Source: Dicyema japonicum (lineage: Eukaryota > Animalia > Dicyemida). From it: a stretch of 36,056 nt of DNA. The stretch covers positions 1,245,475 to 1,281,530 of the forward strand of contig RDEW01000003.1 of NCBI GenBank assembly GCA_011109175.1, in the 5' to 3' direction. The notes beneath the pieces are model-generated. The model made no database searches, was not told the DNA's origin, and saw only the letters and a list, made by a program, of their open reading frames with translations. Made by a program: the position numbers and the translations under genes. The stretch's first letter is position 1. Every line of letters begins with the position of its first letter. Below are positions 10,400 to 22,599 of the stretch, piece by piece.

Positions 10400-10790
10400 C
10401 AATTTGTTAATCGCTACCGGTTCCCTCTGTTCCTCGATAGGTCCCTCAGGTGCTCAAGATCATCTGCCAACGTCAACCTTTTCCCAATCAAAGTTAGGTT
10501 TTGATGTAGAAGGGTTGGTAGAGTAATTCGTGGTCTTCTCAAAAAGTCGATCCCGGATGAGGAGCATAGTGGTGTTCCATCGCGAAATTAGCAGGAGCAT
10601 TCCTGTCCAATCTCAAGATGTGACCAAATAATCCCCATCTGTTACTTCTTATTTCTCCGTCCAATGGGTGGATATTGTAATGGGAATGGAAATATTTGTT
10701 TGAGATGTGCTCATAGTGAAAAATATTATAAGAACTTTCGAGAATTAATAATCTAATTAATAATTTGTTGTTAACTTTCAAGTAAGAGTT
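10400..10790 (-). mobile_element. Decayed RTE-clade LINE, C-terminal coding end (family A)
   Basis: ORF 10539-10781 contains IRSNRWGLFGHILRLDRNAPANFAMEHHY. Confidence 0.75.
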
Positions 10791-11984
10791 TCACAGTACC
10801 GTAAAATTTGAGCTAGTCAACTGGTTTCATCTTTATACTCACCTCGACAGGATTTGTAGGTGAGACGTAAAAGGTCCAAGTGAAATGACCATTTTTCTAT
10901 TGAAACCCTAATTCTAAGACGTCATCTGTGCAAACATTTTTGCTTCAAACAATCTCCCTAGAGCGCTGCCATGCCTGCTCAATCTGTGGGAAGTCTGAGA
11001 TATTGCAGCTTAAAAAATATGCTGATTACTGAGAGTAATCTAAAATCTGTTCTTTTGTAAAAATCTCCGCAGCCTTCTGACAGTCTTCCTAAGCTTTTTC
11101 AAAAAACATGGAAACCTAATCTAAGCGCACTTAGAGGTCTTGCAGAAGGCGCTAGCTATTCGAGTAGAATAACCATGCAATTAGTGTTGCGGCTCTCTAT
11201 CATTGTTCTTTGGTTTTTATGATAAATTGACTTATTTAACTTTCTATGAAATCAAAAAATTTACATGCACTGAGACTGCATTTAATTTTTTATAAATGCA
11301 ACTTCAATGCATGTAAAATATTTTGAACGAATTTCTTAAATTTTGGTGACAATCTCTAAAGCCTTGTATTTCGTCTGTTTTTAGTAATTTTTTAAACTAT
11401 CAACATACTCTCATAGACTATTGCCTGTAATACTTGAATTGTAGTTTTCAGTATTTTGTACTAATTATCGGACTATTGCCTTATATAATAAATTTTGAAA
11501 CGAAAATTGACCTATATTTAAATTTTTATTGCTACTAATTGAGATACTTGATTGGATTGCGTAAATAACTCGATCACTTGACTAAGTAGGATAGAAGTTA
11601 GTAATGTTGTTCGATTCGCGATTACCTGTGGGTTCGTCACTCACCTGAATGATTCCATTCTTCTCTGCTTTTTTAAAATCCTGAAAGACACAATGTGATC
11701 TCCATATCTTAGAAGACTCCCAATGTCTGGAGGATTTACTTATCCTCTGTTTCTCCACTATAAGTCGATAGCATTCAGATTTTATCTAATTTTCTTCTGA
11801 ATGTTTATTTATTTACCCTCGGTCTCTTCAAATAATAGAAAAAAGTTGCTAATCGAAAAATAACAGCCGAAGGCGAGATTATTGGTCTCGAAGGGAAACA
11901 GGGAAATGTAGACTAGAGGTCGTCGTATAACCACTACAAAAAAAACTTAATCAACATAAAATAAAAGAATTGTCAGCCAAAGGT

Positions 11985-12150
11985 CATATAGCTGCCTCGC
12001 TTATGGCTATTCCCTCTCAAGATGGCGAGCGAGATTCCCTCAGATACCCAACAGCGCAAACGGGGATCTATGCTCGCGTAGAAATCCGATTTTTAGACGA
12101 CTCAGGAATTCCAGCGTCGCAGGTTCAAGGGAATCAGAACAATCTGTAAT
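11985..12150 (-). mobile_element. CRE-like non-LTR retrotransposon, 3' coding remnant
   Basis: Translates to SLEPATLEFLSRLKNRI...ISLAILRGN; clear nucleotide homology to 35850-36000. Confidence 0.7.
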
Positions 12151-12160
12151 TTAATTTCGC

Positions 12161-12432
12161 AGTGTAACGAGTTCTTGGACAGAGGCCTGATGGTCCCTAG
12201 TTCGAATCTAGCTGCTGTATATTTCTCTTAAAGGTTCCACGCATCTACGATAAGTGAATGACGCTGTCATCAGTGAAAATTTCACGGAGGAACCAAATTT
12301 TATATAAAGTACATACACTTAAAAAAGAAAAAAAGTTAAGATCATTTACTGGTTCTCCCTCTACGATTGGTTATCATAAGTTCTATTCTTAAATAAAGTA
12401 TGTTTCCTACCTGAGCGGAGCTATAGCTAATA
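12161..12432 (+). mobile_element. tRNA-derived SINE copy
   Basis: AGTTCGAATC B box, AAGGTTCCACGCATCTACG, TGACGCTGTCATCAGTGAA core and AAATAAAGT...GCGGAGCTATAGCTAAT 3' region. Confidence 0.8.
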
Positions 12433-12751
12433 TGTGACGTGCTGAACTGTTAACCATCACCTGTCATTTGTAATCTGACAGCAGTCATATTTAACCTACA
12501 TTTCGTCCGATAAAAATATTTAAATTATTTTTATAAAATTGTTCAAAAATCCAAGAGTTTTATAATTGTTAATGATCGTCTTTATCTCAAAAAAGTCAGT
12601 CAATAGCATAAACTCGTATTATGCAAGGACAATGAAACCGAAGTGCATACAATAACTTATGATCTTCATAAAATATTTATTCCGAGTAGCTCCACGTGAT
12701 TGATCACGTGGTCCCATGTGATGCTATGTGGCTAGTTGGCCATAAATTATT

Positions 12752-13070
12752 TTTCCTTCCTTCCGATGGCGTCATTTGATTCACCTTACTGAAGAGACGC
12801 CCAATGCTTGGCCAGCATCAAGAGGATCCAACTACAATGTCTTTACTTTGAGACAAGTTCTGGAAAGCTAGAACGAGTCAGGATCAAGGAGTTANGATGC
12901 TATGTGGCTAGTTGGCCATAAATTATTTTCCTTCCTTCCAATGGCGTCATTGGATCCACCTTACTGAAGAGACGCCCAATGCTTGGCCAGCATCAAAAGG
13001 ATCCACTACAATGTCTTTACCTGTAGACAAGCTCTGGAATGCTAGAACGAGTCAGGATCAAGGAGTTAGT
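12752..13070 (-). mobile_element. Family B repeat copy (doubled across the n at 12895)
   Basis: Reverse complement gives GGATCCTTTTGATGCTGGCCAAGCATTGGGCGTCTCTTCAGTAAGGTGGATCCAATGACGCCATTGGAAGGAAGGAAAA. Confidence 0.55.
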
Positions 13071-13830
13071 TTGGTTACCATTGGTCTTTGGAATCATTTA
13101 ATTTTTAATTCCGGAATCAATAAGTTAATCAAAAAGTGTTACCACTCACATTTTGCCATCAAAAGGAATGTTATTGAAGCCGTTGTAAAAGATTGTTAAA
13201 TATACAGTTTCATTCCTCTTAAAGTAAGAAATTAATATAGTTCATAGATTTCTGGCTTATAACATCATTCTATTGCTTCTAGGCCAGATAACGATTCCTA
13301 GCGGACAAAAATTTAAATATTTCAAATCAAGACTACAAATGGATTTTAACTGTAATTGATATTTACAGTATATATGCCATTTGTAGAGAAATGCAGAAAT
13401 CTGCTATCAAGTCGGATTTTGCAAATTTCTTCAAATGATCAGAATTCAAAAATAAATATTTGGAATCGCTTTGCTTAGAAAATAAAATTACAACTATTTT
13501 CGGGAGGCTAAATCATCCACAGTCACAAGTATTCATATATTGTTCTTGCTTAGGGAATTATTGAAAGATTTACTCAATGCTACTAAGAATTGGGAACAAT
13601 TGTTAAATAAACAAATTTTTACTTACAACACAACAACGCATGCTTCATCCAATGAATCGTCATTCAAATAAATTCGAAACATTTCAGGGATAAATACAGT
13701 AATTCAAAAAATACAGGTTTTTATTTTAATTAAATATAGCGAGAATTTAATCGATGTTTCATTTCATCAGCCGACGAGATGGACGTGGAAGATAATTCAA
13801 ATTTGCATGAAACATTTTTTTTAGACTATA

Positions 13831-14517
13831 GTTGAAATAAAGAATAATTTTGACCTAGCATCTCCCATCAGACCTTAATTCACCTTATTTCAAAAGAATG
13901 AATAAAAAGTGTATGTTTATCAGTCAAAATATGACTTTAAAGTAGGAGATAAAATATTTTTATAATTACTTTTTTGGTTCGCATGGTAAGGACTATGGAA
14001 CAAATCCTTCATTAAGACTTAACCGTATTGAGATGCCTTATGAAGAACCAACTGAAATTATTATTTTTTTATCAAATATTAAAAATTTATATACTCAGAT
14101 TAAAAGCTTTCAGGAAAATCAAAAATAACTGGAATGCAGAACCAAATCTTCTATAAAGGACAAAATGTGTCATTTATCGTGAAAGAAAACCTAATAATTA
14201 CGATAATGACATTATTAATGATAGGCAAAGTGAATTAATGACAGGTGATGGTAACCTGTCCAGCATGTCACAATATGGATCTGACTAAAATTGGAGTTTT
14301 TTTTAAATGATTATTTAACTTTTTCAACCACTTCATCGATTAACCACAAGTTTCGAGTTAATACTCTGAATTGCATTTAAGCAAGTTTTAATAGCATAAA
14401 ACTAATAATACAATTTTCCGCATAGTAATATTGTAATCCGTTGATGTCCATTGACTTTATAATAAAACACAAATAAAGAGAGAACCTCGATTTCTTTAGC
14501 GTTGTGTTATTTTATTT
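13831..14517 (+). repeat. Unclassified AT-rich repeat (family C)
   Basis: Near-identical to 15161-16200 and homologous to 31075-31910 (ATGACTTTAAAGTAGGAGA, CATTAAGACTTAACCGT.TTGAGATGCCTTATGA, TTAATGACA.GTGATGGTAA). Confidence 0.65.
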
Positions 14518-14518
14518 A

Positions 14519-14856
14519 NNNNNNNNNNNNNNNNNNNNNNNNNNNNNNNNNNNNNNNNNNNNNNNNNNNNNNNNNNNNNNNNNNNNNNNNNNNNNNNNNN
14601 NNNNNNNNNNNNNNNNNNNNNNNNNNNNNNNNNNNNNNNNNNNNNNNNNNNNNNNNNNNNNNNNNNNNNNNNNNNNNNNNNNNNNNNNNNNNNNNNNNNN
14701 NNNNNNNNNNNNNNNNNNNNNNNNNNNNNNNNNNNNNNNNNNNNNNNNNNNNNNNNNNNNNNNNNNNNNNNNNNNNNNNNNNNNNNNNNNNNNNNNNNNN
14801 NNNNNNNNNNNNNNNNNNNNNNNNNNNNNNNNNNNNNNNNNNNNNNNNNNNNNNNN
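14519..14856. other. Assembly gap (N run)
   Basis: Run of n. Further gaps at 18806-19210 and 35319-35333. Confidence 1.
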
Positions 14857-15147
14857 TCAGGCGAGCTATGGATGCTGCTGGATACTCGGCCATTCTTGAA
14901 CCGGTCGGGTTATGCAGAAGTGACGGGAAACGACCGGACGGGATGACCATATTTCCATTTGAGGCCGGGAAACCACTGGTTTGGGATGTGACATGTACAG
15001 ACACGTTCGCCCAGAAAAATCTTCACGAGAGTGCTACAAGGGCCTGTTCAGCATCCGTAAAGGCGGAGAAGGCCAAACTCCTTAAATACGTCGACCTTCC
15101 CGATGATGTCAAATTTGTTCCCCTTGCTATGGAAACTTCCGGATCCT
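14857..15147 (+). mobile_element. CRE-like non-LTR retrotransposon, restriction-like endonuclease domain
   Basis: Stop-free frame: AILEPVGLCRSDGKRPDGMTIFPFEAGKPLVWDVTCTDTFA...AEKAKLLKY...FVPLAMETSG, showing the RPD...D...K..KY signature. Confidence 0.85.
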
Positions 15148-15160
15148 ACTCTTTTTCTAT

Positions 15161-16200
15161 GGTTGAAATAAAGAATAATTTTGACCCAACTTTCTGCCCA
15201 TCAGACCTTAATTCACTTTATTTCAAAAGAATGAATAAAAAGTGTATGTTCATCAGTCAAAATATGACTTTAAAGTAGGAGATAAAATATTTTTATAATT
15301 ACTTTTTTGGTTCGCATGGTAGAGGACTATGGAACAAATCCTTCATTAAGACTTAACCGTTTTGAGATGCCTTATGAAGAACCGAATGAAATTATTATTT
15401 TTTTATCAAATATTAAAAATTTATATACTCAGATTAAAAGCTTTCAGGAAAATCAAAAATAACTGGAATGCAGAACCAAATCTTCTATAAATGACAAAAT
15501 GTGTCATTTATCGTGAAAGAAAACCTAATAATTACGATAATGACATTATTAATGATATGCAAAGTGAATTAATGACAGGTGATGGTAACCTGTCCAGCAT
15601 GTCACAATATGGAACTGAGTAAAATTGGAGTTTATTAAATGATCGTTTAACTTTTTCAACCACTTCATCAATTAACCACAAGTTTCGAGTTAATACTCTG
15701 AATTGCATTTAAGCAAGTTTTAANTGCAGAACCAAATCTTCTATAAAGTACAAAATGTGTCATGTGTCGTGCAAGAAAACCTAATAATTACGATAATGGC
15801 ATTATTAATGATATGCAAAGTGAATTAATGACAGGTGATGGTAACCTGTCCAGCATGTCACAATATGGCTCTGAGTAAAATAGGAGTTTTTTTAAATGAT
15901 CGTTTAACTTTTTCAACCACAAGTTTCGAGGTAATACTCTTAATTGCATTTAAACAAGTTTTGATAGCATAAAACTAATAATACAATTTTCCGCATAGTA
16001 ATATTGTAATCCGTTGATGTCCATTGACTTTATAATAAAACACAAATAAAGAGAGAACCTTGATTTCTTTAGCGTTTAGCATAAAACTAATAATACAATT
16101 TTCCGCATAGTAATATTGTAATCCGTTGATGTCCATTGACTTTATAATAAAACACAAATTAAGAGAGAACCTCGATTTCTTTAGCGTTGTGTTATTTTAT
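15161..16200 (+). repeat. Family C repeat, second copy with internal duplications
   Basis: Copy of 13831-14517; local re-duplications across the n at 15724 and at about 15965-16190. Confidence 0.6.
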
Positions 16201-17160
16201 TTAGCAATTTATCTCATTTTCAGTACTTTTAAGTTGACTTTTATATTTCTGGAGATAAAATTCAATTACAAACTTTCGCTTTAGAAGAGAAACAAAGAAG
16301 CAGGTTCGGCGTCTTCCATTTTCATCACACGTTCTACCTTCGCGGATATAATTTTATTCTAAGGTGGAAGAGTTTTTATAATGGTAAATTTCACTTTTGG
16401 AGTAAAGTAGGATTGTTTGGTATCTAAACAATGCTATCTCGCATAAAGGTTATTCGATTCAAAAATGGGATATTTTGCATCATCCAAAATTTGGGAGAAT
16501 GTAGGAGCGATTAATTCAAATTTTGATTAATTCAAAGCCCTGTAATAGAAAGAATTGGGAATGTAACTACGTTCTTTCTGTAGCCATTACAAGGCAAACT
16601 AATAAATAGTTGCTCGGCCTCTTTCAAGAAATGAATTAATTCCAAGATTCAGTCGACAAAATTTGGAGGAAATCTATCGCTGCTGATAGAATAAAGCGCT
16701 CAAAAATATGGAGGAGACAATCGGTATTAAATAGAATTAAAAAAAATCTTATGATATTTTTAAAAAAATCGAGATTAAATAAACAATTATTTTTATCAGA
16801 AATTCTTCACTAATCAGATTACCATCAATACGTATTTTCTTAATATTTAATGATATTATCCGCTCTTCGTGGATTATGCATTTNCTAATAAATAGTTGCT
16901 CGGCCTCTGTCAAGAAATGAATTAATTCCAAGATTCAGTCGACAAAATTTGAAGGAAATCTATCGCTGCTGATAGAATAAAGCGCTCAAAAATATGGAGG
17001 AGACAATCGGTATTAAATATAATAAAAAAAATCTTATGATATTTTTAAAATTCGGGATTAAATAAACAATTATTTTTATCAGAGATTCTTCACTAATCAG
17101 ATTACCATCAATACGTTGATTTTCTTAATATTTAATGATATTATCCGCTCTTCGTGGATT

Positions 17161-17310
17161 ATGCATTTCTTTATTTTCATCGTTATTTTGTCATTCTTAG
17201 AATCCCGAAGTGTAATACGAACTCCAATAAGTTTGATGAATGAAGAAGAATACAACGAATATTTGTTAAGAAATGAATTGTGGCTATTTTTGAACAGACT
17301 TGATTCATAG
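17161..17310 (+). CDS. Small secreted peptide, paralog 2 (49 aa)
   Basis: MHFFIFIVILSFLESRSVIRTPISLMNEEEYNEYLLRNELWLFLNRLDS*; same stop position and conserved C-terminus as the ORF at 7280. Confidence 0.6.
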   Translation: MHFFIFIVILSFLESRSVIRTPISLMNEEEYNEYLLRNELWLFLNRLDS

Positions 17311-17429
17311 TACTATTTCTCATTTTATATATAGTCTTGGGGGTTTCTACTAACTTTAGACTACGTTAATGAGGTGTTAATAATGATTTAATTTAAAAAA
17401 AACTAATTAATAATGATTTAACTCTAAAC

Positions 17430-18052
17430 GTATCCCCCGCAATGTTTGGCCGCTCAGCGTTGGACTCACAGCATGTTTATAAGCAAAATGAAGATCGGGG
17501 GATCAAACGAGACGAAAATAAGAAGCATTTCGAAGGATCGTTTGTTTGTCCCCTTAGCCGTTGAGAAGTCAGGATTCTTTGGTCTGTATGTGGACAACTT
17601 AGCTAATAAAATATTGTCAATGATCCAAGAGGCCACCAAAGATCTAGCTGATACTGGATGGCTTCGAGAACTNTGAACAGACTTGATTCATAGTAATATT
17701 TCTCATTTTATATATAGTCTTAGGGGATTCTACTAACTTTAAACTACGTTAATGAGGTGTTAATAATGATTTAATTTTAAAAACTAATTAATAATGATTT
17801 AACTCTAAACGTATCCCCCGCAATGTTTGGCCGCTCAGCGTCGGACTCAGAGCATGTTTCTAAGCAAAATGAAGATCTGGTGATCGAAAAAGACGAAAGT
17901 AAGAAGCATTTCGGAGGATCGTTTTTTGTCCCTTTAGCCGTTGAGAAGTCAGGATTCTTTGGTCTTTAATCGGACAACGGAGCTAATCAGATATTGTCAA
18001 TGATCCAAGAGGTCACAAAGGATCTAGCTGATACTGGATGGCTTCGAGAACT
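17430..18052 (+). mobile_element. CRE-like endonuclease C-terminal remnant (doubled across the n at 17673)
   Basis: RLFVPLAVEKSGFFG...KILSMIQEATKDLADTGWLRE resembles the FVPLAVETSG segment of the other copies. Confidence 0.6.
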
Positions 18053-18414
18053 TGTCAGAGAAAACAGTACGGCTAGTCAAGCTAACTTTATTTTGTTGTT
18101 TTTATCAAAAATGTCAGTTAACAAAAAAATATGTAAATCTAAACAAGCTTTTAATTGCACGACTTTATAAATACAGAGTTCCGCTTGTCAATCCACTTAT
18201 GTTTGTTGAATTAATCGCGAGAATTCTTAACGAATTTTAACGTGAATTTAAATAAAAGTTTTTATGACTATTTTTAATCAGTTTCTTAGTTCATAATTTT
18301 TTGCAATAATTTGATGACGAATTGGCTACATCATCATCAAGCAATAAAGAAATTTTTGTCTTATAAAACTGTCAATCATCCAATAAGCGTTTATTTATAA
18401 GAAGATTGTCAACT

Positions 18415-18580
18415 TACAAGCACCTCGTTACAAAAACCCTTTAACGTTTCTCGACTATCCTGTTACAGTCGACACCACCTGAGAACCTTCTGAAGAGAAC
18501 GGGCCTCAAATGATAAATTAATAATTATGAAAGTTGCTTGGAGAATAACGGGTTGAACGGATAGTCGAGAGCATGGTACA
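18415..18580. mobile_element. Possible degenerate pogo-type MITE
   Basis: Perfect 12-bp inverted repeat TCTCGACTATCC (18449-18460) / GGATAGTCGAGA (18559-18570). Confidence 0.3.
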
Positions 18581-19210
18581 AGAAGAACTTTAAGTATTCA
18601 TAGCTTAGTGTTTTAGCTGAGTAACTAGTAATGTTATACAAAAAGTACGTTGCACCATGCATTTCTTATGCATGTTTCTCCTGGAGTTTATAAATTTCAT
18701 AGAAAATGCTTATAAGATCGCAGCTATTAAGTAAAAGGCATACAGAATAACGGAACAGTAAATCCGTAGAATAAAACGACTGCTGACGAACACTTCTGAA
18801 ATCATNNNNNNNNNNNNNNNNNNNNNNNNNNNNNNNNNNNNNNNNNNNNNNNNNNNNNNNNNNNNNNNNNNNNNNNNNNNNNNNNNNNNNNNNNNNNNNN
18901 NNNNNNNNNNNNNNNNNNNNNNNNNNNNNNNNNNNNNNNNNNNNNNNNNNNNNNNNNNNNNNNNNNNNNNNNNNNNNNNNNNNNNNNNNNNNNNNNNNNN
19001 NNNNNNNNNNNNNNNNNNNNNNNNNNNNNNNNNNNNNNNNNNNNNNNNNNNNNNNNNNNNNNNNNNNNNNNNNNNNNNNNNNNNNNNNNNNNNNNNNNNN
19101 NNNNNNNNNNNNNNNNNNNNNNNNNNNNNNNNNNNNNNNNNNNNNNNNNNNNNNNNNNNNNNNNNNNNNNNNNNNNNNNNNNNNNNNNNNNNNNNNNNNN
19201 NNNNNNNNNN

Positions 19211-19686
19211 TATATTGCATTCAACAAAGGAATCGACACGGAAACGAGTTATCCCTACAAAGAAAAGGCACTCTTTAAATTTTGATCGTAGGTCGGTCAA
19301 TGCAACTATCAGAAGCCCGAAATTCGTTTAAATTTGATTGGATATAGATATATCGAAAATGGAGATGAGGATGAACTTCAATATGTAATTGCAAACATCG
19401 GACCTGTAGCTGTTGGGGTCATAGTGAATTCGTTCTTCAAACAATATTATCATGGAGGTTATTTTTCATGATAAAATTAGGAATTTATCGTCTAAAGTAT
19501 TGCGGACGTTTTAAGTTTCACCATGCAGTTACCGTCGTCGGCTATGGAGCCTCACGTGGGCAAAAATATTGGTTAATTAAAAACAGTTGGGGACGACATT
19601 GGGGAATATTAGGATACATGAAGTTTTCTCCTGGACAAGATAATTGTGGATTTCCACTTTGTGGTTCTTATCCAGTTCTCGAATAA
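19211..19686 (+). CDS. Papain-family (C1A) cathepsin L-like protease, 3' half; 5' part lost in the gap
   Basis: GIDTETSYPY, IGPVAVGV, HAVTVVGYG, YWLIKNSWG..WG..GY and NCG...SYP motifs. Introns at 19268-19291 (GC-AG, contains an in-frame TGA) and 19458-19480. Confidence 0.9.
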
Positions 19687-19916
19687 TATTGATTTTATTT
19701 AAATTTAATTTTTCTGATTATGTCGGGGGGAATATTTGACTCATTTTAAAGCACTTTTAACAAAAATTAATATTAGTGCTATTTGGCTATTAAATTAATT
19801 TTATAAAGGTTACAAAACTGATGTTTCCGAGTATTCTTGAGATCGTCAAAAAAGACACACACATCGCTACTAGGGAGAGGATTAAACGTCTCATCACTTT
19901 TTTGAATACCTTACAT

Positions 19917-20197
19917 CAGTGGCCTCCAACCTTCTTATCGTCGCGGACTGAGAAGAGTTATACAATTTACTCTGTCTTGTAGCTGAGTATTCACAACAAG
20001 GGTCACAAAAAAACAAACAAACTTACAACAGTGATGAGTAAGGTACAAAGTCTATGACTTATCTTATGACAAAGCGTAAAAACTGAGAAAAAACTTTAAA
20101 AACTGCCCACATGTGTGTAAACTGTGTTTTAAAATTTTATTTCTTGCTAAGCCCGGTGCTAATTGGTTTACGGACAGGAAAAGGTTTGCGGCCTATG
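19917..20197. mobile_element. hAT-like MITE remnant
   Basis: Left end CAGTGGCCTCCAACCTT and right end AAGGTTTGCGGCCTATG form an imperfect inverted repeat (13/17) of a type common in hAT MITEs; no 8-bp TSD seen. Confidence 0.45.
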
Positions 20198-22051
20198 ATC
20201 TCTTGGAATATTTCAAAGTTGTTGACAATGCGAGATAACTCTACTAAATAGTCATTTCGGATATAAAGACTGTGATTATAAAGATAATACAAGATCCTTT
20301 AGAAACGCAATGCAAACATTATGTCTATCGATTCAATTCTTACACATTCGCCTCGTGGAGTCCATATTTCTTCTAGAAAATTCTTGGGCGATCATGCTTA
20401 TGGTTTGTAGAGTGACGAAATGGCGGAAGAGATGAAAGAAACGACAGTCACTAAACACTCTGGAAATTATAAATCACTAAAACTATGAAATATGTTGTGA
20501 TTGCTTATTTTTACTTATTGCCTTGTGTTATAAACAAAAAACATTAACAACAAAATTTTTGGGATAACTTAAAAGCTACATAAAATATGAATTGAAACTA
20601 TGGTAAATGACAAGAGGATGCTTGTCCTCGGCGATATCGGCTTCCANTACATATCATCTAAACTATGAAATATGTTGTGATTGCTTATTTTTACTTATTG
20701 TCTTGTGTTATAAAAAAAACTTCTAATACAGAATTTTTGGGATAACTTAAAAGCTACATGAAATATGAATTGAAACTATGGTAAATGACAAGAGGATGCT
20801 TGTCCTCGGCGATATCGGCTTCTACCTTGTCGACCAAGGAATATTTAATTATTTAATATAATTAAGTTATTATGTCTCCATGCTGGTTACATGTCACCTG
20901 TCAATCAAACAGTTTTACCAGGCCATGTTAGCTGTCAGAGGTCATGCTTAATGTGGCTTTTATCATTTTTACTCGTGTCGGACATATATAAAGTGAAGTC
21001 TAACTTTTTAAGCCTTTCGGAAATAAGCCCATGCCAAAAAAGTTAAAAAATAATCTAATACAAAAAACATTTAAAAATTTATTAAATCAATATTTTCAAT
21101 ATCATCGATAATAATTTCCATTCCATCAAAAATACTGTGATATTCATTCTCTAATTCAACTTTTCAGATTTTCGTGCTTTAATTGACTGTAGCCTTGAAA
21201 AATCAAGAAGAACCTCTTTGCTTTTTGATGTAATTCCGCAGTATTCGAAACTTTTAATTATTGACATTGGTGTTATTTTATTTATTGAAATATATGTTTT
21301 TTCCAAAACACATCCCNGAAATAAGCCCATGCCAAAAAAGTTATGCCCAAAAATAGTCTAATACAAAAAACATTTAAAAATTTATTAAATCAATATTTTC
21401 AAAATCATCGATAATAATTTCCATTTCATCGGAAATACCGTGACATTCATTCTCTAATTCAACTTTTCAGATTTTTCTGCTTTAATTGACTGTAGCCTTG
21501 AAAAATCAAGAGAAACCTCTTTGCTTTTTGATGCAATTCCGCAGTATTCGAAACTTTTAATTATTGACATTGGTGTTATTTTATTTATTGAAATATATGT
21601 CATTTGCAAAACACATCCCAGCTTGGCCGTTTTTGATAACCATTTTGTGTAAATTCTTTGACAGCTTCAGACATCCACTTATCTTTTTTTTCTGCCCGTC
21701 CGCGAGATGAAGGCAACACGTCGACATCTCACTTGGGTCAGCCACAAATTTAAGCTTAACTTTATTTTTTTAAGAACAAAAGAGAGAACAAGTTAACCAA
21801 ATGAGCTATTTGATCCAATTGGAGACGAGAATCTCAAAGTGACCGATCAATACGTACGAAGCTCTCTAACTTTCCATTGGAATCTTTTCATGTTTGGAAA
21901 TTCCTGTTGATAGGACGTCCATGACGGCGTAACTTATCCCTTTCATTACTCAAATATGACCTGAATGCAGAATTAACTTTTATATCCAATGGTTGAAGAT
22001 TTGGAATTAGGCTATTTTCTGAAAACTCCGGAATAAATTTTCAATTACAAA

Positions 22052-22210
22052 ATGACAATAATTGTCGCTCTCTTATTGTTGTTGCAACTTATCGTCGTTA
22101 GAGACTCCAAAGGACTATATGGATTAGATACCCTCACATGCAGTACACTGAACCTACATATGGTTATGCATGTGCTGCTAGATGGAAAAACCTTGCCGCA
22201 ACGAACTTGA
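22052..22210 (+). CDS. Possible small secreted peptide (52 aa)
   Basis: MTIIVALLLLLQLIVVRDSKGLYGLDTLTCSTLNLHMVMHVLLDGKTLPQRT*; signal-peptide-like N-terminus only, no paralog in the window. Confidence 0.25.
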   Translation: MTIIVALLLLLQLIVVRDSKGLYGLDTLTCSTLNLHMVMHVLLDGKTLPQRT

Positions 22211-22599
22211 CCAAGATCTATAATGTTCAATCAAAGAGCCATAATATTTATCTCCACACTTTATAGGAGTAAAAAAACATATTATTTTTTTATCTCTGAA
22301 AAACAAAATTTAAGACACTTTTAGACTTTCTTATGTTGTTAAAAAATATTAAGTGTTTTTATTTTCAGTGGTCGTAAATTATTCTGCAAATTATAGAATT
22401 TATATTTCATTTCTAGGAAGCAATGGTTTATCGAAAAGTACAGGCAAACTAAGAACAAATTGGAAGTTAGTAAGTTATTATAAAGAAAAAACACTGCAAA
22501 TTAAGTGATGGGGGAAGTAATATGAAACGGTAGGGCATGCCAACCGACTTCTACCCCGACAGTCTCCCCAAAAAATCCGTAAACACAAGGTCATTCCTA

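Noticed and set aside
10843-11680. Minus-strand spliced gene suggested by two GTGAGT donors and a 36-nt exon-like segment (11645-11680)
   Set aside because: Several incompatible splice models are possible and none gives a recognisable protein.
14502-15004. Long ORFs spanning N runs (also 18666-19300)
   Set aside because: Artefacts of translating assembly gaps.
18657-18734. MHFLCMFLLEF... short ORF as a third member of the micropeptide family
   Set aside because: It shares only the MHF start and lacks the conserved C-terminus; more likely the cathepsin signal-peptide exon or chance.
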